A stretch of 64,000 nt of DNA from Bdellovibrionota bacterium (GCA_050952645.1 JBMNLI010000003.1:310-64309), one strand, 5' to 3'. Counted from the stretch's first letter, positions 20,086 through 31,280 are shown. Numbers and translations: made by a program. Notes: generated by a model from the letters alone, not told the origin.

Positions 20086-21297
20086 TTAAAAAACTTCCAC
20101 ATTAGCCTTTGGCACTACTACTTTACTGCCATTATTAAGAAGCACTATAACGCCTCTAGCTACGATACCACTTTCAAAAACTATCTCTTTTATTGGCATC
20201 TCTACAATAGTTCCAAATAAACCAAAATATGGGGCTTTTAAAATTCTAACCTTACTTCCAACCCGTAAACCTTTAGCGTAAATCTCTTCCTTACTAGCAT
20301 CTGTATTATCAAATTTATCATCTATTTTATTATTTAATTTTTTATTAAGCTTATCTTTATTAAGCTTATCTCCTATTTCTTTAAGTGTCTCAAAAATTAT
20401 AATTTCAGGCCTTATAGCCCCAGCTCTTATTTGAGTAGTGCCATTAATGGAAACATCTCTTCCTATGTTTTTATTTAATATATCACTAGCTTTATAATTA
20501 AATTTAATATTTCCCAAACCCTCAGTAATAATTATCGATATAGGAATATTTTCATTCCCAGTCACTGCAACTCCTATATCATACCCTAAAAACTCTTTTA
20601 ATGTTTTAGAAAAAATAGATGGCACTATAAGGCCTACCGCTCCTAAAGAAATAATGCCATTTATAAATTTTATATCTGGCGTAATATCACTAAATACTAT
20701 TTTGCCTTTTAATGCTTTGCCTTTTAACTGCTTATCGCCTATTAATGTTTTCTTTTCTAAATCTTCTAAACTTGAAATTTTCTCTAAACTTCCAACCCTT
20801 TCTCCTCCTATGCCAAAAGCACCTTGAATAATCGAAGCATTAGTTTTTATAACGACGCTTTTTTCGTCATTGCACGCGTCAACCTTGCCTGCAATATAGC
20901 TTAACAATAGAAAATTCTTAGGCTCAAGCCTTATACCAATCGTGCCAGTTTCTTTAGAGATAAACTCTATAGTTCCTTTGTATTTACTTTTATACTCACT
21001 ATTAAAAAAATTAAATAGTCCCTTTTTTCTAACTAAAATATCATTAACTTTTACAGCATCATTAACTTTTACTAAATAACTATTCTTTATATCTTGCGCT
21101 TCTAAACCTAACTCCTTTGAAACTCTAAGAAGCATCAACTCTCCTACTAGCTCAGTTTTCCCTATAACTGTATCATTAGAAATATAGTCCCCTAAACCTA
21201 CTAATATTTTACCGCTTAGAGGAAGCTCTCTTGCTCTTTTAATTTCTACATTTTCCTTAATTATCAAACTTGGTGTAAAGCTAAAATTTTCTACCAT
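20086..21297 (-). CDS. Hypothetical protein paired with the GlmL-like gene
   Basis: IQGAFGIGGERVG, DIGVAVTGNE, TQIRAGAIRPEIII, and a C-terminal KOW-like VGSKVRILKAPYFGLFG; co-oriented with the GlmL-like gene. Confidence 0.7.
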   Translation of the reverse strand: MVENFSFTPSLIIKENVEIKRARELPLSGKILVGLGDYISNDTVIGKTELVGELMLLRVSKELGLEAQDIKNSYLVKVNDAVKVNDILVRKKGLFNFFNSEYKSKYKGTIEFISKETGTIGIRLEPKNFLLLSYIAGKVDACNDEKSVVIKTNASIIQGAFGIGGERVGSLEKISSLEDLEKKTLIGDKQLKGKALKGKIVFSDITPDIKFINGIISLGAVGLIVPSIFSKTLKEFLGYDIGVAVTGNENIPISIIITEGLGNIKFNYKASDILNKNIGRDVSINGTTQIRAGAIRPEIIIFETLKEIGDKLNKDKLNKKLNNKIDDKFDNTDASKEEIYAKGLRVGSKVRILKAPYFGLFGTIVEMPIKEIVFESGIVARGVIVLLNNGSKVVVPKANVEVF

Positions 21298-21363
21298 TTA
21301 TATTTACCATTTAATTTTACTTTTTATATTTTACCTTCTCTTTATTACCTTCTTATCATCTCC

Positions 21364-23295
21364 CTAACTTCTCCCCCTGCCATCTAATAGCAATCCAAAA
21401 TCATTTGCAACGATTTCTTTTTTTAATATCTTATTTTTTCCATTTCCAAAATCGACAGATTTTTCTAATGGTAAAAGCATAAGACGATATTTCTTTTTAC
21501 TAGTAAGTGCTACATTTACGATCTCCCCTTTTCTTATCTCTCCTAAAAGTTCATTATCTGCATAAACTTTAGCTAATACATCGTTTTTTGTTTTCTTAAT
21601 ATTATATTTAGGAGCTATGACATGGCAAATTCTTACTAAGCAATCATTTTCAAATATTGAAAAAGAGGCTTCTTTATTTAATTTAGAAAGAACTCCTAAA
21701 TGTGGAAGCATAAAAATAGAATCTACCGCCATTTCGACTATGCCTACAGGCTTAAAAGCATCTAGCATAATAATTGCACTATCTAATCTATTTGGCGAGT
21801 GGCTAAGCACTCCCCCAGAGCCTATAATCAAATCGATATTCTTAATATCTATAAAAGATTTTGAACTTTTTTGAGAAAATATATTTGCTATGCCAAAAGA
21901 TTTATTAAAATTTTTTATTTCTACACCAAAGCTTTTATGATGTGCAAAAGACAACCTTAAGGCCTCTCTTGCAACGGCTTGCTCTATCTTTAAATCATTT
22001 ATAGTTTGAGGCAAGGTCGTAGGACGAAGCATTTTGTTTTTTAAGATATCTTTAAGCTCATCGCAATCTATATCGAAATCGAGCCACCTTTTAACATTTT
22101 CTATTCCTGCTTCTAAAAGCACATTCCCAATAGAATAACTCATTCCTAAATTTGCACTAACAGTTCTAGTAAATTTCGGACTTTCGCTAGCTTCCCCTTT
22201 AACTACACTAAAAACATCGGTCGTAGCTCCACCGATATCGACACAAAGTATTCCGATATTATTTTTTTGGCCATAGCTTTCAATCATTTCACTAACTGCT
22301 AAAGGAGTAGGCATTATGGGGATACTTACCCACGATAAAAGCTTATCATACCCAGGAGAGTGGCTCATAACGTGGCTTAAAAAAATATTATGAATCGCCT
22401 CTTTTGCTTCTTTTAAATTTTCATTGTCTATATTAGGGCGAACATTTTCTATTATTTGAAGAGAAAACTTCTCACTAAGGATTTTTTTTATTTCATTGCT
22501 TGCATCTTTATTACCAGCAAAAATTACTGGAAGCTTTAAAGTATTTCCAAAACGTGGGCTTGGCGATGCCGAAAGTAAAAGCTCGGCTTTTTCTATAACA
22601 TTTTTTTTATCTCCTTTATCAAAACCGCCAGCAAGTAAAAATATATCTGGATTTAATTTTTTTATTTTTGAAACGCTTTCATAATCTTCTAAAAGATCAT
22701 CTTCAGAAAGCACATCTAGCACTATCGCACCTGCTCCAAGAGCTGCCTTTTCGGCAGACTTTGCACTTATGCTTTTTACTAACCCACTTACTAGCATTTG
22801 TAGCCCCCCTCCAGCAGAACTAGTAGAAAGGAACGCATCAACACCTATATTATTTTCATCTACTTTTTTAACTTTATCTTCTCTTATATTTTCCTTCGCA
22901 TCTTCCCTTATGTCTTCTCTTACGTCTTCTTTTGTATCCTTCTCGTTATCTTCCTTGTCTTTCTCTTTTTTATCTTTTTTAATATCTCTATCTTCTTTAA
23001 TATCTTCTTTGCTTACATCTTCTTTGCTATTTCTTATTATTAAAGGAAGCGCCTTAAGCCCTTTATTTATAGCACTTTCAGCTACTAGTTTTTCATCTGC
23101 ATTTTTTTCTAGCTCTAAGAATGAATTTAAAACACCCAAAGTCACATCTGAGATAGGCTTTTCAACTGTTGTAGGGGCTTCTCCTCTAGCTTTTAATTTC
23201 CAGCTACCATTTATTTTTTCAAATAAAATAGCCTTTGTAGTAGTAGAGCCACAATCTGTAATTATAACCTTGTTAATTTCTTTCTTAGCACTCAT
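21364..23295 (-). CDS. Glutamate mutase L (GlmL)-like ASKHA ATPase
   Basis: ITDCGSTTTK, TSSAGGGL, VDIGGATTDVFS, RTVSANLGMSYS, IIGSGGVLSH. Confidence 0.85.
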   Translation of the reverse strand: MSAKKEINKVIITDCGSTTTKAILFEKINGSWKLKARGEAPTTVEKPISDVTLGVLNSFLELEKNADEKLVAESAINKGLKALPLIIRNSKEDVSKEDIKEDRDIKKDKKEKDKEDNEKDTKEDVREDIREDAKENIREDKVKKVDENNIGVDAFLSTSSAGGGLQMLVSGLVKSISAKSAEKAALGAGAIVLDVLSEDDLLEDYESVSKIKKLNPDIFLLAGGFDKGDKKNVIEKAELLLSASPSPRFGNTLKLPVIFAGNKDASNEIKKILSEKFSLQIIENVRPNIDNENLKEAKEAIHNIFLSHVMSHSPGYDKLLSWVSIPIMPTPLAVSEMIESYGQKNNIGILCVDIGGATTDVFSVVKGEASESPKFTRTVSANLGMSYSIGNVLLEAGIENVKRWLDFDIDCDELKDILKNKMLRPTTLPQTINDLKIEQAVAREALRLSFAHHKSFGVEIKNFNKSFGIANIFSQKSSKSFIDIKNIDLIIGSGGVLSHSPNRLDSAIIMLDAFKPVGIVEMAVDSIFMLPHLGVLSKLNKEASFSIFENDCLVRICHVIAPKYNIKKTKNDVLAKVYADNELLGEIRKGEIVNVALTSKKKYRLMLLPLEKSVDFGNGKNKILKKEIVANDFGLLLDGRGRS

Positions 23296-23395
23296 AAATT
23301 AGCACTCGTAAATTTCTTTTTAACCCCCACTTTAAACGTTTCACGAACTTTTTTGTTTATTTTTATTTAATATTAACTTAAACTTTAACTTAAAC

Positions 23396-24256
23396 TTAAC
23401 AAAGCGTATCTAATACTTGTTTAATGCTACTTATTACCGCTAAATGTCCTTCGCCTTTTATATCATAAAGCTTACTATTTTTATAAAGTAAAGATAAGTA
23501 TTTTCCCATTTCGTAAGGCACGTATGGGTCATTAGTGCCGTGAAAGACAGCCACAGGAACATCTATCTTAGAAAAATCAACCCCCCAAGGCTTACAGTAA
23601 TTTACGTAATCGTTTTTTATTCCTCCTACGCCATTTTTAACGGCTTCATTTAAATTGCTTTTTAAATATTTGTTGTTATATTTTAATGATAAATATTGCT
23701 TATCTTTTTTAGACATAAAAATTTTAAGCCATACTATCATAATATCTGGGTATAATCTCCAAATGTTTGCAATAATTCCTACCCAAAATAAAGAAAAACT
23801 TAGCGCCTTTCTTCCTAACTTTAAAAAGAACTTGTTTGCAAAACTCATTCCTTTAAAAACTTCCTCTTTGTCGATAGGAGAAAGACCGCTAACTACAACG
23901 GCTTGCTTTACTCTATCTTTTAACGTAGCACAAACGCTAGCAAGGTAAGGGCTTCCACCTGAAACTCCTATTATTTTAAATTTATCGATACCTAATGCAT
24001 CTACTAATTCTTTAAATATCTCTCCGTAGTCTGCTATGGCCATACCCTTTATATAAGTAGTGTTTCCATACCCTATCCTATCGACTCCTATTATTTTTAC
24101 ACGGTTTTCAACTGCGTGTTTTTCAGCAAATAGCGGCTCGCATCTACACCCAGGGAATCCGTGAAGATAAAAAACGATATTATCAGAATCTAAATCACCA
24201 AACTCTATAACTCCTACCTGCACATTATTTTTTAGTTTAACAATTCTATCTTGCAT
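23396..24256 (-). CDS. Alpha/beta fold hydrolase
   Basis: HGFPG, DRIGYG, GVSGG nucleophile elbow, HGTND, GEGH. Confidence 0.9.
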   Translation of the reverse strand: MQDRIVKLKNNVQVGVIEFGDLDSDNIVFYLHGFPGCRCEPLFAEKHAVENRVKIIGVDRIGYGNTTYIKGMAIADYGEIFKELVDALGIDKFKIIGVSGGSPYLASVCATLKDRVKQAVVVSGLSPIDKEEVFKGMSFANKFFLKLGRKALSFSLFWVGIIANIWRLYPDIMIVWLKIFMSKKDKQYLSLKYNNKYLKSNLNEAVKNGVGGIKNDYVNYCKPWGVDFSKIDVPVAVFHGTNDPYVPYEMGKYLSLLYKNSKLYDIKGEGHLAVISSIKQVLDTLC

Positions 24257-24330
24257 TTTTATAACCTTTATTTATAAATAATATTCTTTAATTAAAATCT
24301 TACAAATTTTTTCTTACAAATTTTGTTCCT

Positions 24331-25197
24331 TTACAAATTTTTTACGTATTCTTTTAAATACGCTTTAAAGTCGTCTCCTAAATCTTCTCTTTGCGTAGCT
24401 AGCTCGATAGTCGTTATAAGGTATCCTAATTTATTTCCTATATCGTATCTCTTCCCATCGTACTTGCGAGCCACACCCCCCTTTTCATTACATAACAATT
24501 TTAGAGCACACGTTAGTTGATACTCGCCATTTTTAGAAACTTCTATTTTTTCTAAATATTCAAAAATATCTGGCGTTAAAAGGTATCTACCAGCGATTGC
24601 TAAGTTTGATGGCGCTTCTTCTATACTTGGTTTTTCTATTAAATTATTTACTTTGTAAATCTCATCTTCTATCTTAGTTCCATCGATGATACCGTATAAA
24701 TTAACGTTTTCTTTTGCCACTTCTTCTATGCTTATAACGGACTTATTATACTTTTCATAAGTTTTTATAAGCTCTTTAGTGCAACACTCTTTACCTTTTA
24801 CGATAGTATCTCCGAGTAAAATAGCAAACGGCTCATCGTTTATAAAATGCTTAGCATATTTTATAGCGCCACCTAATCCATTTAATTCTTTTTGTCTTAC
24901 GTAAAATATTTCTGCCATATCTGAAATTTTAAGCATTTCATCGTAGAGCTTAAGTTTTCCTTTTTTCTGCAATTCGCATTCGAGTTCAAAAGACCTATCG
25001 AAATGATTTTCTATGGATTGTTTATTTCTTCCCGTAATTATTAAAATTTGCTCTATACCGGCCTCTACAGCTTCTTCTACTACGTATTGAATAGTAGGTT
25101 TATCAACTACCGTTAGCATCTCTTTTGGCTGTGCTTTCGTAGCAGGTAAAAATCTAGTGCCAAAACCTGCAGCAGGAATAACCGCCTTTTTAATCAT
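24331..25197 (-). CDS. galU: UTP--glucose-1-phosphate uridylyltransferase
   Basis: KAVIPAAGFGTRFLPATKAQPKEML, VRQKELNGLG, IEKP, RYDIG. Confidence 0.97.
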   Translation of the reverse strand: MIKKAVIPAAGFGTRFLPATKAQPKEMLTVVDKPTIQYVVEEAVEAGIEQILIITGRNKQSIENHFDRSFELECELQKKGKLKLYDEMLKISDMAEIFYVRQKELNGLGGAIKYAKHFINDEPFAILLGDTIVKGKECCTKELIKTYEKYNKSVISIEEVAKENVNLYGIIDGTKIEDEIYKVNNLIEKPSIEEAPSNLAIAGRYLLTPDIFEYLEKIEVSKNGEYQLTCALKLLCNEKGGVARKYDGKRYDIGNKLGYLITTIELATQREDLGDDFKAYLKEYVKNL

Positions 25198-25685
25198 TTG
25201 TTTTTTCTCCTAAATTAAATTTTTATATTAAATCTTTCTATCTTTTAAATCTTTCTATCTTTTAAATCTTTATATCTTTTAACGAATAATTATTCTATAT
25301 TATTTTTCTTAAATTACTTTTCTTAACTATTTTTCTTATTTATTTAACTTTATTTAACTAAAACTCTCCTTTTTAGTTTTTAAACATCAATTTTAAGCAA
25401 TGCTAACTACCTTAAATAGCTATATTTCTAGTTTCTAAAATCTTTTTTATAAACTCACTATAAAAACATTAAATTAAAAACACTAAAAATTTTAAAGACT
25501 TTAAACAACAAATATTTTTTGCTATCATAGTTATAGTTTATTTAAATCTAAGGATCATTTAAAAATTGCTTTTTGGCAAGATGTCCTTTTTTGTATATTT
25601 AATATTTATAATTTACAATTTATATTTTTATCATTTTTTATTTTTATTTATTTTTATACTAATTATTTTAAAGGAAAAGTGTTTT

Positions 25686-27326
25686 ATGAAAAGTCAACTA
25701 CAAATCGAAAGATCAAAATATGAGCCTAAACTACCTAAAGGTTTAAAATCGAACATAACTCTAAGAGAGGGAGAAAAAACTACTAGCGTAAAAGATGAAG
25801 AGGAGATAAAAAAGCTATTTCCTAACACTTATGGAATGCCTTTAATCACGTTTGAGCAAGGAGAAGAAAAAAAGAGTTATAATGCTGTAAATGTAGGAGT
25901 TATTCTTTCTGGTGGTCAAGCTCCGGGGGGACACAATGTGATTGCAGGAATTTTCGATGGCGTAAAATCTATAAATAGCGAATCGAAACTTTATGGCTTC
26001 TTAGGAGGTCCTGCTGGCTTAGTCGACAATAAGTATATAGAGATAACTGCTGAGCTTGTAGATGAATACAGAAATACTGGTGGATTTGATATTATAGGCT
26101 CAGGAAGAACTAAATTAGAAGAAAAAGAACAGTTCGATAAGGCATTAGAAAATTGCAAGAAGCTAGGTATTAGTGCTTTAGTAATGATTGGTGGAGATGA
26201 CTCGAATACTAATGCATGTATTCTTGCAGAGTATTACATATCGGTAGGAGCAGATATTTGTGTTGTAGGTTGTCCTAAAACTATCGATGGCGACCTTCAA
26301 AATGAGATGATAGATATTTCATTTGGTTTCGATACGGCTTGTAAAGTTTACAGTGAACTTATCGGAAACATAGAGCGTGATACGAACTCTGCTAAAAAGT
26401 ATTGGCACTTTGTAAAACTTATGGGGCGTTCTGCTTCTCATATTGCGCTAGAGTGTGCTTTACAAACTCACCCTAATATTACGATTATTTCAGAAGAAGT
26501 TGCAGAAAAGAAGCAAACTTTAAATGAGATAGTCGAGTATATCGCAAGCATCGTAGCAAAAAGAGGAAACGATGGCAAAAACTTTGGAGTAGCTTTAATC
26601 CCAGAGGGGCTTATTGAGTTTATCCCAGATATGAAGACGCTTATATCAGACCTTAATGATTTGCTAGCTAACAATGAAGAGTTTAACAAGATTGATAGCA
26701 ACGAAGAAAAAAGAAAATACGTAGCTTCAAAATTATCTAAAGAAGATGCCGCTTTGTATGCTTCTCTTCCAGTGCCAGTAGCGGAGCAACTAATAATGGA
26801 TAGAGACCCACATGGAAACGTTCAAGTTTCAAGAATTGAGACTGAAAAACTTTTAATATCTATGGTAGAAAAATTATTAAAAGATTGGAAAAATGAGGGT
26901 AAATATAAAGGCAAATTTTCTGCGATAAATCATTTCTTTGGCTATGAGGGTAGATGCGCCGCTCCTTCTAACTTTGATGCCGACTACTGTTATTCGTTAG
27001 GCTTTACTGCTTCTTATCTATTATCTGAAAGAAAAACTGGATACATGGCATCTATAAGAAACATTACTAAACCTTCCGATGAGTGGGTAGCAGGAGGAGT
27101 GCCTATTACGATGATGATGAATATCGAAAGAAGACATGGAAAAATGAAGCCAGTTATTCAAAAAGCTTTAGTAGATTTAAATGGAAAAGCATTTAAGGAG
27201 TTAAAAGAAAATAGAGAGGCTTGGGCCTTTGAAACACACTACGTGTACCCAGGGCCTATTCAATACTTTGGTCCTTCGAGCGTATGCGATAACCCTCCTT
27301 ATTCTATTAAGCTACTTAAGGCTTAA
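25686..27326 (+). CDS. pfp: PPi-dependent phosphofructokinase (long type)
   Basis: [34 protein letters not shown]. Start moved to ATG 25686, which follows AAGGAA. Confidence 0.96.
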   Translation: MKSQLQIERSKYEPKLPKGLKSNITLREGEKTTSVKDEEEIKKLFPNTYGMPLITFEQGEEKKSYNAVNVGVILSGGQAPGGHNVIAGIFDGVKSINSESKLYGFLGGPAGLVDNKYIEITAELVDEYRNTGGFDIIGSGRTKLEEKEQFDKALENCKKLGISALVMIGGDDSNTNACILAEYYISVGADICVVGCPKTIDGDLQNEMIDISFGFDTACKVYSELIGNIERDTNSAKKYWHFVKLMGRSASHIALECALQTHPNITIISEEVAEKKQTLNEIVEYIASIVAKRGNDGKNFGVALIPEGLIEFIPDMKTLISDLNDLLANNEEFNKIDSNEEKRKYVASKLSKEDAALYASLPVPVAEQLIMDRDPHGNVQVSRIETEKLLISMVEKLLKDWKNEGKYKGKFSAINHFFGYEGRCAAPSNFDADYCYSLGFTASYLLSERKTGYMASIRNITKPSDEWVAGGVPITMMMNIERRHGKMKPVIQKALVDLNGKAFKELKENREAWAFETHYVYPGPIQYFGPSSVCDNPPYSIKLLKA

Positions 27327-27464
27327 AAGAAAATTGACGAAAGCTTTAGCTCCGAGGAAATTTTCTTTTGGGCCTTCACACGCACATTACGTTAAGGTGG
27401 ATTTTTTGAAGAAAGCTTAAAAATTCCTTAGAATTTTTTAAGCTACTTAAGGCTTAAAAGAAAA
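27307..27464. repeat. 27-bp direct repeat of the pfp 3' end flanking a ~104-nt structured spacer
   Basis: ttaagctacttaaggcttaaaagaaaa at 27307-27333 and 27438-27464. Confidence 0.85.
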
Positions 27465-27689
27465 ATTTAGGCAAGGCTTAAAAAATTTTTTATTTCTTAA
27501 GGTTTGCCTAAAACGCTAAAGAACAAAAAAACGATTTTTAAAAAATTAAATTTGTTTAAAGATGTTTTTTATAATAAAATATTAGATGTTCGATGTTGTT
27601 AGTAAATGTTTCTAGTGAATGTTGCTCTTTGGAACATTACTATAGAACTAAAAAATATTTTAATTTTTCAAATAAAGGGGAAAAAAGAT

Positions 27690-27881
27690 ATGAAAAATGG
27701 AAATAAAAACGAAAATAAACAACTAGATTGCGAAACTAGGGAGTCGTTATTAAAAAAACAGTTAGAAGTTTTAACGGAAAATAATAAAACCTATAAATAC
27801 GAAGCGCTAGATGCTTCAACCCTTGAAAATGGCAAGCTAGATTTTTTTGAAAAAGATTATCTAAAAAACAGAACTTATTAA
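27690..27881 (+). CDS. Small hypothetical protein (63 aa)
   Basis: ATG preceded by AAAGGGG; charged, soluble-looking sequence; no recognised motif. Confidence 0.5.
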   Translation: MKNGNKNENKQLDCETRESLLKKQLEVLTENNKTYKYEALDASTLENGKLDFFEKDYLKNRTY

Positions 27882-27900
27882 AATTTAAAATTTAAAAGTT

Positions 27901-30729
27901 TTAAGAAAAAGCGTTTAACTCATCTAATGAATATTTATTAGGAGGCCAGAAAACACCTTTTCTTATTTGTCTAATAAGTTCTTTAGTTTCAAGAATAGCA
28001 TTTTCGAGTTCTTGCTCCCCAATCTTTGATTGAGAATCTTTTGGTATCTCATAAAAATATTCTTTTTTATCGTACAAGTTTAAGTAGGCAAAACTTATAT
28101 TTTCCATCTTTTTATTTCTTAAAAAATATTCTAAATATAGTGGCATTTGGTAATCTAGCCAAGTTTTCTTTGTAGTGCTGTAAATTTTGCTAAGATTAGT
28201 AGGAGAACTACTAGATTTATAATCTATAATAGTCGAAAGGTTATCTTTTTTATTATAATCTAACCTATCTATTCTTCCTGTAATTTTAACTTTTTTATCA
28301 TCTACATTTAAATAGAAATCTTCTAAACTTTTTTCAGTTTCTACGATTTGCCAACCTTCTTTAGCTCTTTTAGCTTGCCATTTAGAAAAATCTTTGAATA
28401 TATTTTCTATACCTATCACTTGAATATTTATTGCAGGCAAACAATTTTTCCCAAAATTATTATTTATATAAATTTTTAAGCTATTAGATAAAAATGTAAA
28501 AATTTCTTTTTCGTCGATAGAATCTTTTACTAAAGATTTACCAAAACTATCTAACACATCATGAAGCAGAGTGCCAATCTTTAGCGCATCTAGCTCATTT
28601 ATATTAGTTTTAGCTTCTAGCACTTCAAAGTCGTTCTCATTTTTTTGGTAATACTGCAAATAAAATTTATAGGGGCACTCTTTATATACTTTTAGTGCGC
28701 TTACAGATATTTTATTTAAATCATACTTAGCAACATTTGGGGCGCTAAAAAACTCTATATCGCTAATTTCATTATCGTCATCTAAATTATTCGTTAAATT
28801 ATTCGCTAAATTATTTTCTGCATTCGGTTCGCTAGCTTCCTTATAAAATGATAAAAGTCTTTTAGCTTGTTTTTGAGAACTAGTCATAAGCAATATTTTA
28901 CTTAACAAGTTAGTATTTTCGGAAAATAAATCGTATTTTAAAGGAACAAAATAGACTTGTTTTTTAGAACTTAGTATAGACTTAGTCATAAATATATCTC
29001 TTGCAAGTCTAAAATCATTATCTATAAGTCCTAATACTTTTCTTAAGCTATTAGGCAAAAACTCATCTTGGTTAATGCTTTCAGGCCAAGTGCCTTCTTT
29101 TAAGCCTGCAAGAATTACAAACTCTGCATCATCGTTTTGTATCTCTAGCCACCCTTGAATTTCCACTGCATCATCATCTAAAATGGCACCAAGCGAAGTG
29201 TCCCTTACTAAATTGTTTAACAACATTAGTGCATCTTGAAGCGTAAATTTAAGCCGAGTTTCAAAGAGCTTGTTATTTAAATTAAGGATAGCCGTTTTAT
29301 AAGCGCTATACGTTGTAAGCAAGACATTATCTTTATCATTTACTCTAGAAATTTTTTTCTCGCCATATAATTTAATTAAAATATTTAATACGTCTTCACT
29401 CCACGACGACAAAGATTTTCGCTCATTAAAATTTAAAATTAGCTCATCTAATAATTTAGAAACCTCTTTTACTATTTTATCGCTATTACTCCTTTCATCT
29501 ACAATGCAATCGTTTTTTAAGTTTCTATACATATACGGCAAATGATTTTCGTTATATTCATCTAAGGCAACTAATATATCTTTCTTATTTAATAGTGGAT
29601 TATTTAAAACAATATAATTTAGTATATCTCCATGACGAATTAAATTTGCAAAATTAGTATACGTTGGCATTTTAGCGTAGTTTTGCAAAAGTTCTATAAA
29701 GTAATAAATAGGTGTGCTCGTTATATTTTTCTCTCTAACTGAAACTACTTTTAAATTTTTATTTTCTGCAGCTTGTTTAATACTAGAAATTATCGAATCA
29801 TCAGTAGAGCCGATTACTATATCATTTGAAGCGTAATCTTTTGAAGCTTTAATTATTAGATTACTTACGATTTTACCTAGTTCTCTTGGGCTATTTGCTA
29901 AAATTATATTTTCATCATTTATATCGATATTTTCTAAAAGCCATTTATCTACTTTTACATTTCCAAATTCATCGAAAGCTTCGCCCTTAGTTTGAGGAGC
30001 GTAAATTAAATGAGCAATAGGAGAAGAGATTTTTTTTAGGATATCGCAAAATATAGGATTTATATCTGGAATATTTATAAGCACTGTGTCTGCACCTAGT
30101 GCTAAACTACCGTCTTTTGTAGAGTTTAAAAAATTTTTTCTTTCTATAATAATATCTGTAAAATTTAATTTTTCTAAGTTTTTTTTATATTCATCATAAA
30201 TTTTACTAAGCACTAACCATCTATTATCTTCACTAAAACTTTCTAACATTTTTGCTTTCGAGGGGATATCTTCAAAAGATAAATTAGCGCTAGAAATTTC
30301 TTTATATAGTGAGAAAATTTTTTGAGCTAAGGAGATTATAGAAGTGCTATCGTTTTTTAAACTATTTTTCTTATATATAGTTTCTTCTATTAGCGAAATA
30401 TTATCATTTATAACTTTTATAAATACAAGGAGCGATTGAAAATCGTTTATTAGTTTTTTATTATAATCAGTATTATTATTGTTAGAAAAATTAACTACAT
30501 AATCAAAAAAGCCTTTTTGAGTATACGCTCTAGGGGGAATAAAACTTATGCCTCTTTTTTCAGATTTAAGAAGTAAAATCTCTAGAAGTCTTTTATGAGT
30601 TTTAGATCCCATTACGACTAGAGAAATATTTTTTAAATTAAGTGCTTCATTGCTAGCATAATTTTCTATAAGATAATCTGAAGCAAGGTCTAAAAGATGC
30701 TCATTCGAGCCTAAAAAAACTTTTTTCAT
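27901..30729 (-). CDS. AddB/RexB-like PD-(D/E)xK nuclease
   Basis: C-terminal ISVSALKVYKECPYKFY, IGTLLHDVL, GRIDRLD, IIDYKS, YQMPLY; inactive helicase-like N-terminal region. Confidence 0.85.
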   Translation of the reverse strand: MKKVFLGSNEHLLDLASDYLIENYASNEALNLKNISLVVMGSKTHKRLLEILLLKSEKRGISFIPPRAYTQKGFFDYVVNFSNNNNTDYNKKLINDFQSLLVFIKVINDNISLIEETIYKKNSLKNDSTSIISLAQKIFSLYKEISSANLSFEDIPSKAKMLESFSEDNRWLVLSKIYDEYKKNLEKLNFTDIIIERKNFLNSTKDGSLALGADTVLINIPDINPIFCDILKKISSPIAHLIYAPQTKGEAFDEFGNVKVDKWLLENIDINDENIILANSPRELGKIVSNLIIKASKDYASNDIVIGSTDDSIISSIKQAAENKNLKVVSVREKNITSTPIYYFIELLQNYAKMPTYTNFANLIRHGDILNYIVLNNPLLNKKDILVALDEYNENHLPYMYRNLKNDCIVDERSNSDKIVKEVSKLLDELILNFNERKSLSSWSEDVLNILIKLYGEKKISRVNDKDNVLLTTYSAYKTAILNLNNKLFETRLKFTLQDALMLLNNLVRDTSLGAILDDDAVEIQGWLEIQNDDAEFVILAGLKEGTWPESINQDEFLPNSLRKVLGLIDNDFRLARDIFMTKSILSSKKQVYFVPLKYDLFSENTNLLSKILLMTSSQKQAKRLLSFYKEASEPNAENNLANNLTNNLDDDNEISDIEFFSAPNVAKYDLNKISVSALKVYKECPYKFYLQYYQKNENDFEVLEAKTNINELDALKIGTLLHDVLDSFGKSLVKDSIDEKEIFTFLSNSLKIYINNNFGKNCLPAINIQVIGIENIFKDFSKWQAKRAKEGWQIVETEKSLEDFYLNVDDKKVKITGRIDRLDYNKKDNLSTIIDYKSSSSPTNLSKIYSTTKKTWLDYQMPLYLEYFLRNKKMENISFAYLNLYDKKEYFYEIPKDSQSKIGEQELENAILETKELIRQIRKGVFWPPNKYSLDELNAFS

Positions 30730-30787
30730 AAAATTCTACATTAAAAAATTACCGTAAAGATTACTATAAAAAAACTTTACCATTTAA

Positions 30788-30889
30788 GTTCTTTGACGTT
30801 TTAAGGGGGGGTTAAGACCTCAAAATTAGTATCACTCACCTACAAAGCCTTAAAACAATTTTTCTAATCCACTTAAAACATCAAAGAAC
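30788..30889. mobile_element. MITE/REP-like element with 18-bp terminal inverted repeats
   Basis: GTTCTTTGACGTTTTAAG ... CTTAAAACATCAAAGAAC (1 mismatch). Related copies or arms at 496-513, 584-812, 23321-23348, 27494-27524 and 35043-35090. Confidence 0.65.
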
Positions 30890-31035
30890 CACTATTTATT
30901 ATAATTTTATTCTAGTGCGTTTTAGGGCGTGTGTTTAATATGCCCTCCACTCTTTCTTAATAAAATCCCAAAACGGAAAACTTAAGCTAAGCCCCTTAGG
31001 CTTAGGTACTTTTAAACGAGTAAAAAAAACAAATT

Positions 31036-31269
31036 TTACTTATTTAATAAGAAAATAACATCATCATCGAATACAGAAAGCTTAATTTTGTCTTCTTTTA
31101 TTAGCTCGCATAGTGCCTGTGCTATTTCTTTTCTGCTAGCGTCTACCATAGGTCTTTCATCGGCTTCATGCATATTATAAAAATTTCTAAAATACAATCC
31201 TTCTTCTGCTTCTTGATGAGTTAGCGCTTTTAATAATGTTTGTTTAACTTCTTTTAAATTATTAGCCAT
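31036..31269 (-). CDS. Small hypothetical protein, possibly winged-helix
   Basis: AGGAGA RBS; helix-helix-beta-hairpin pattern (SRKEIAQALCELIKEDKIKLSVFDDDVIFLL). Confidence 0.7.
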   Translation of the reverse strand: MANNLKEVKQTLLKALTHQEAEEGLYFRNFYNMHEADERPMVDASRKEIAQALCELIKEDKIKLSVFDDDVIFLLNK

Positions 31270-31280
31270 AGCGAAATCTC

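Noticed and set aside
15311-20093. aataaggcttt / aatcaggcttcttt as att sites of the island
   Set aside because: Too short and mismatched to be significant in AT-rich DNA.
25566-25685. Hydrophobic N-terminal extension of pfp (and likewise hppA 45377-45433)
   Set aside because: An artefact of longest-ORF calling through T-rich intergenic DNA; better RBS-ATG pairs lie downstream.
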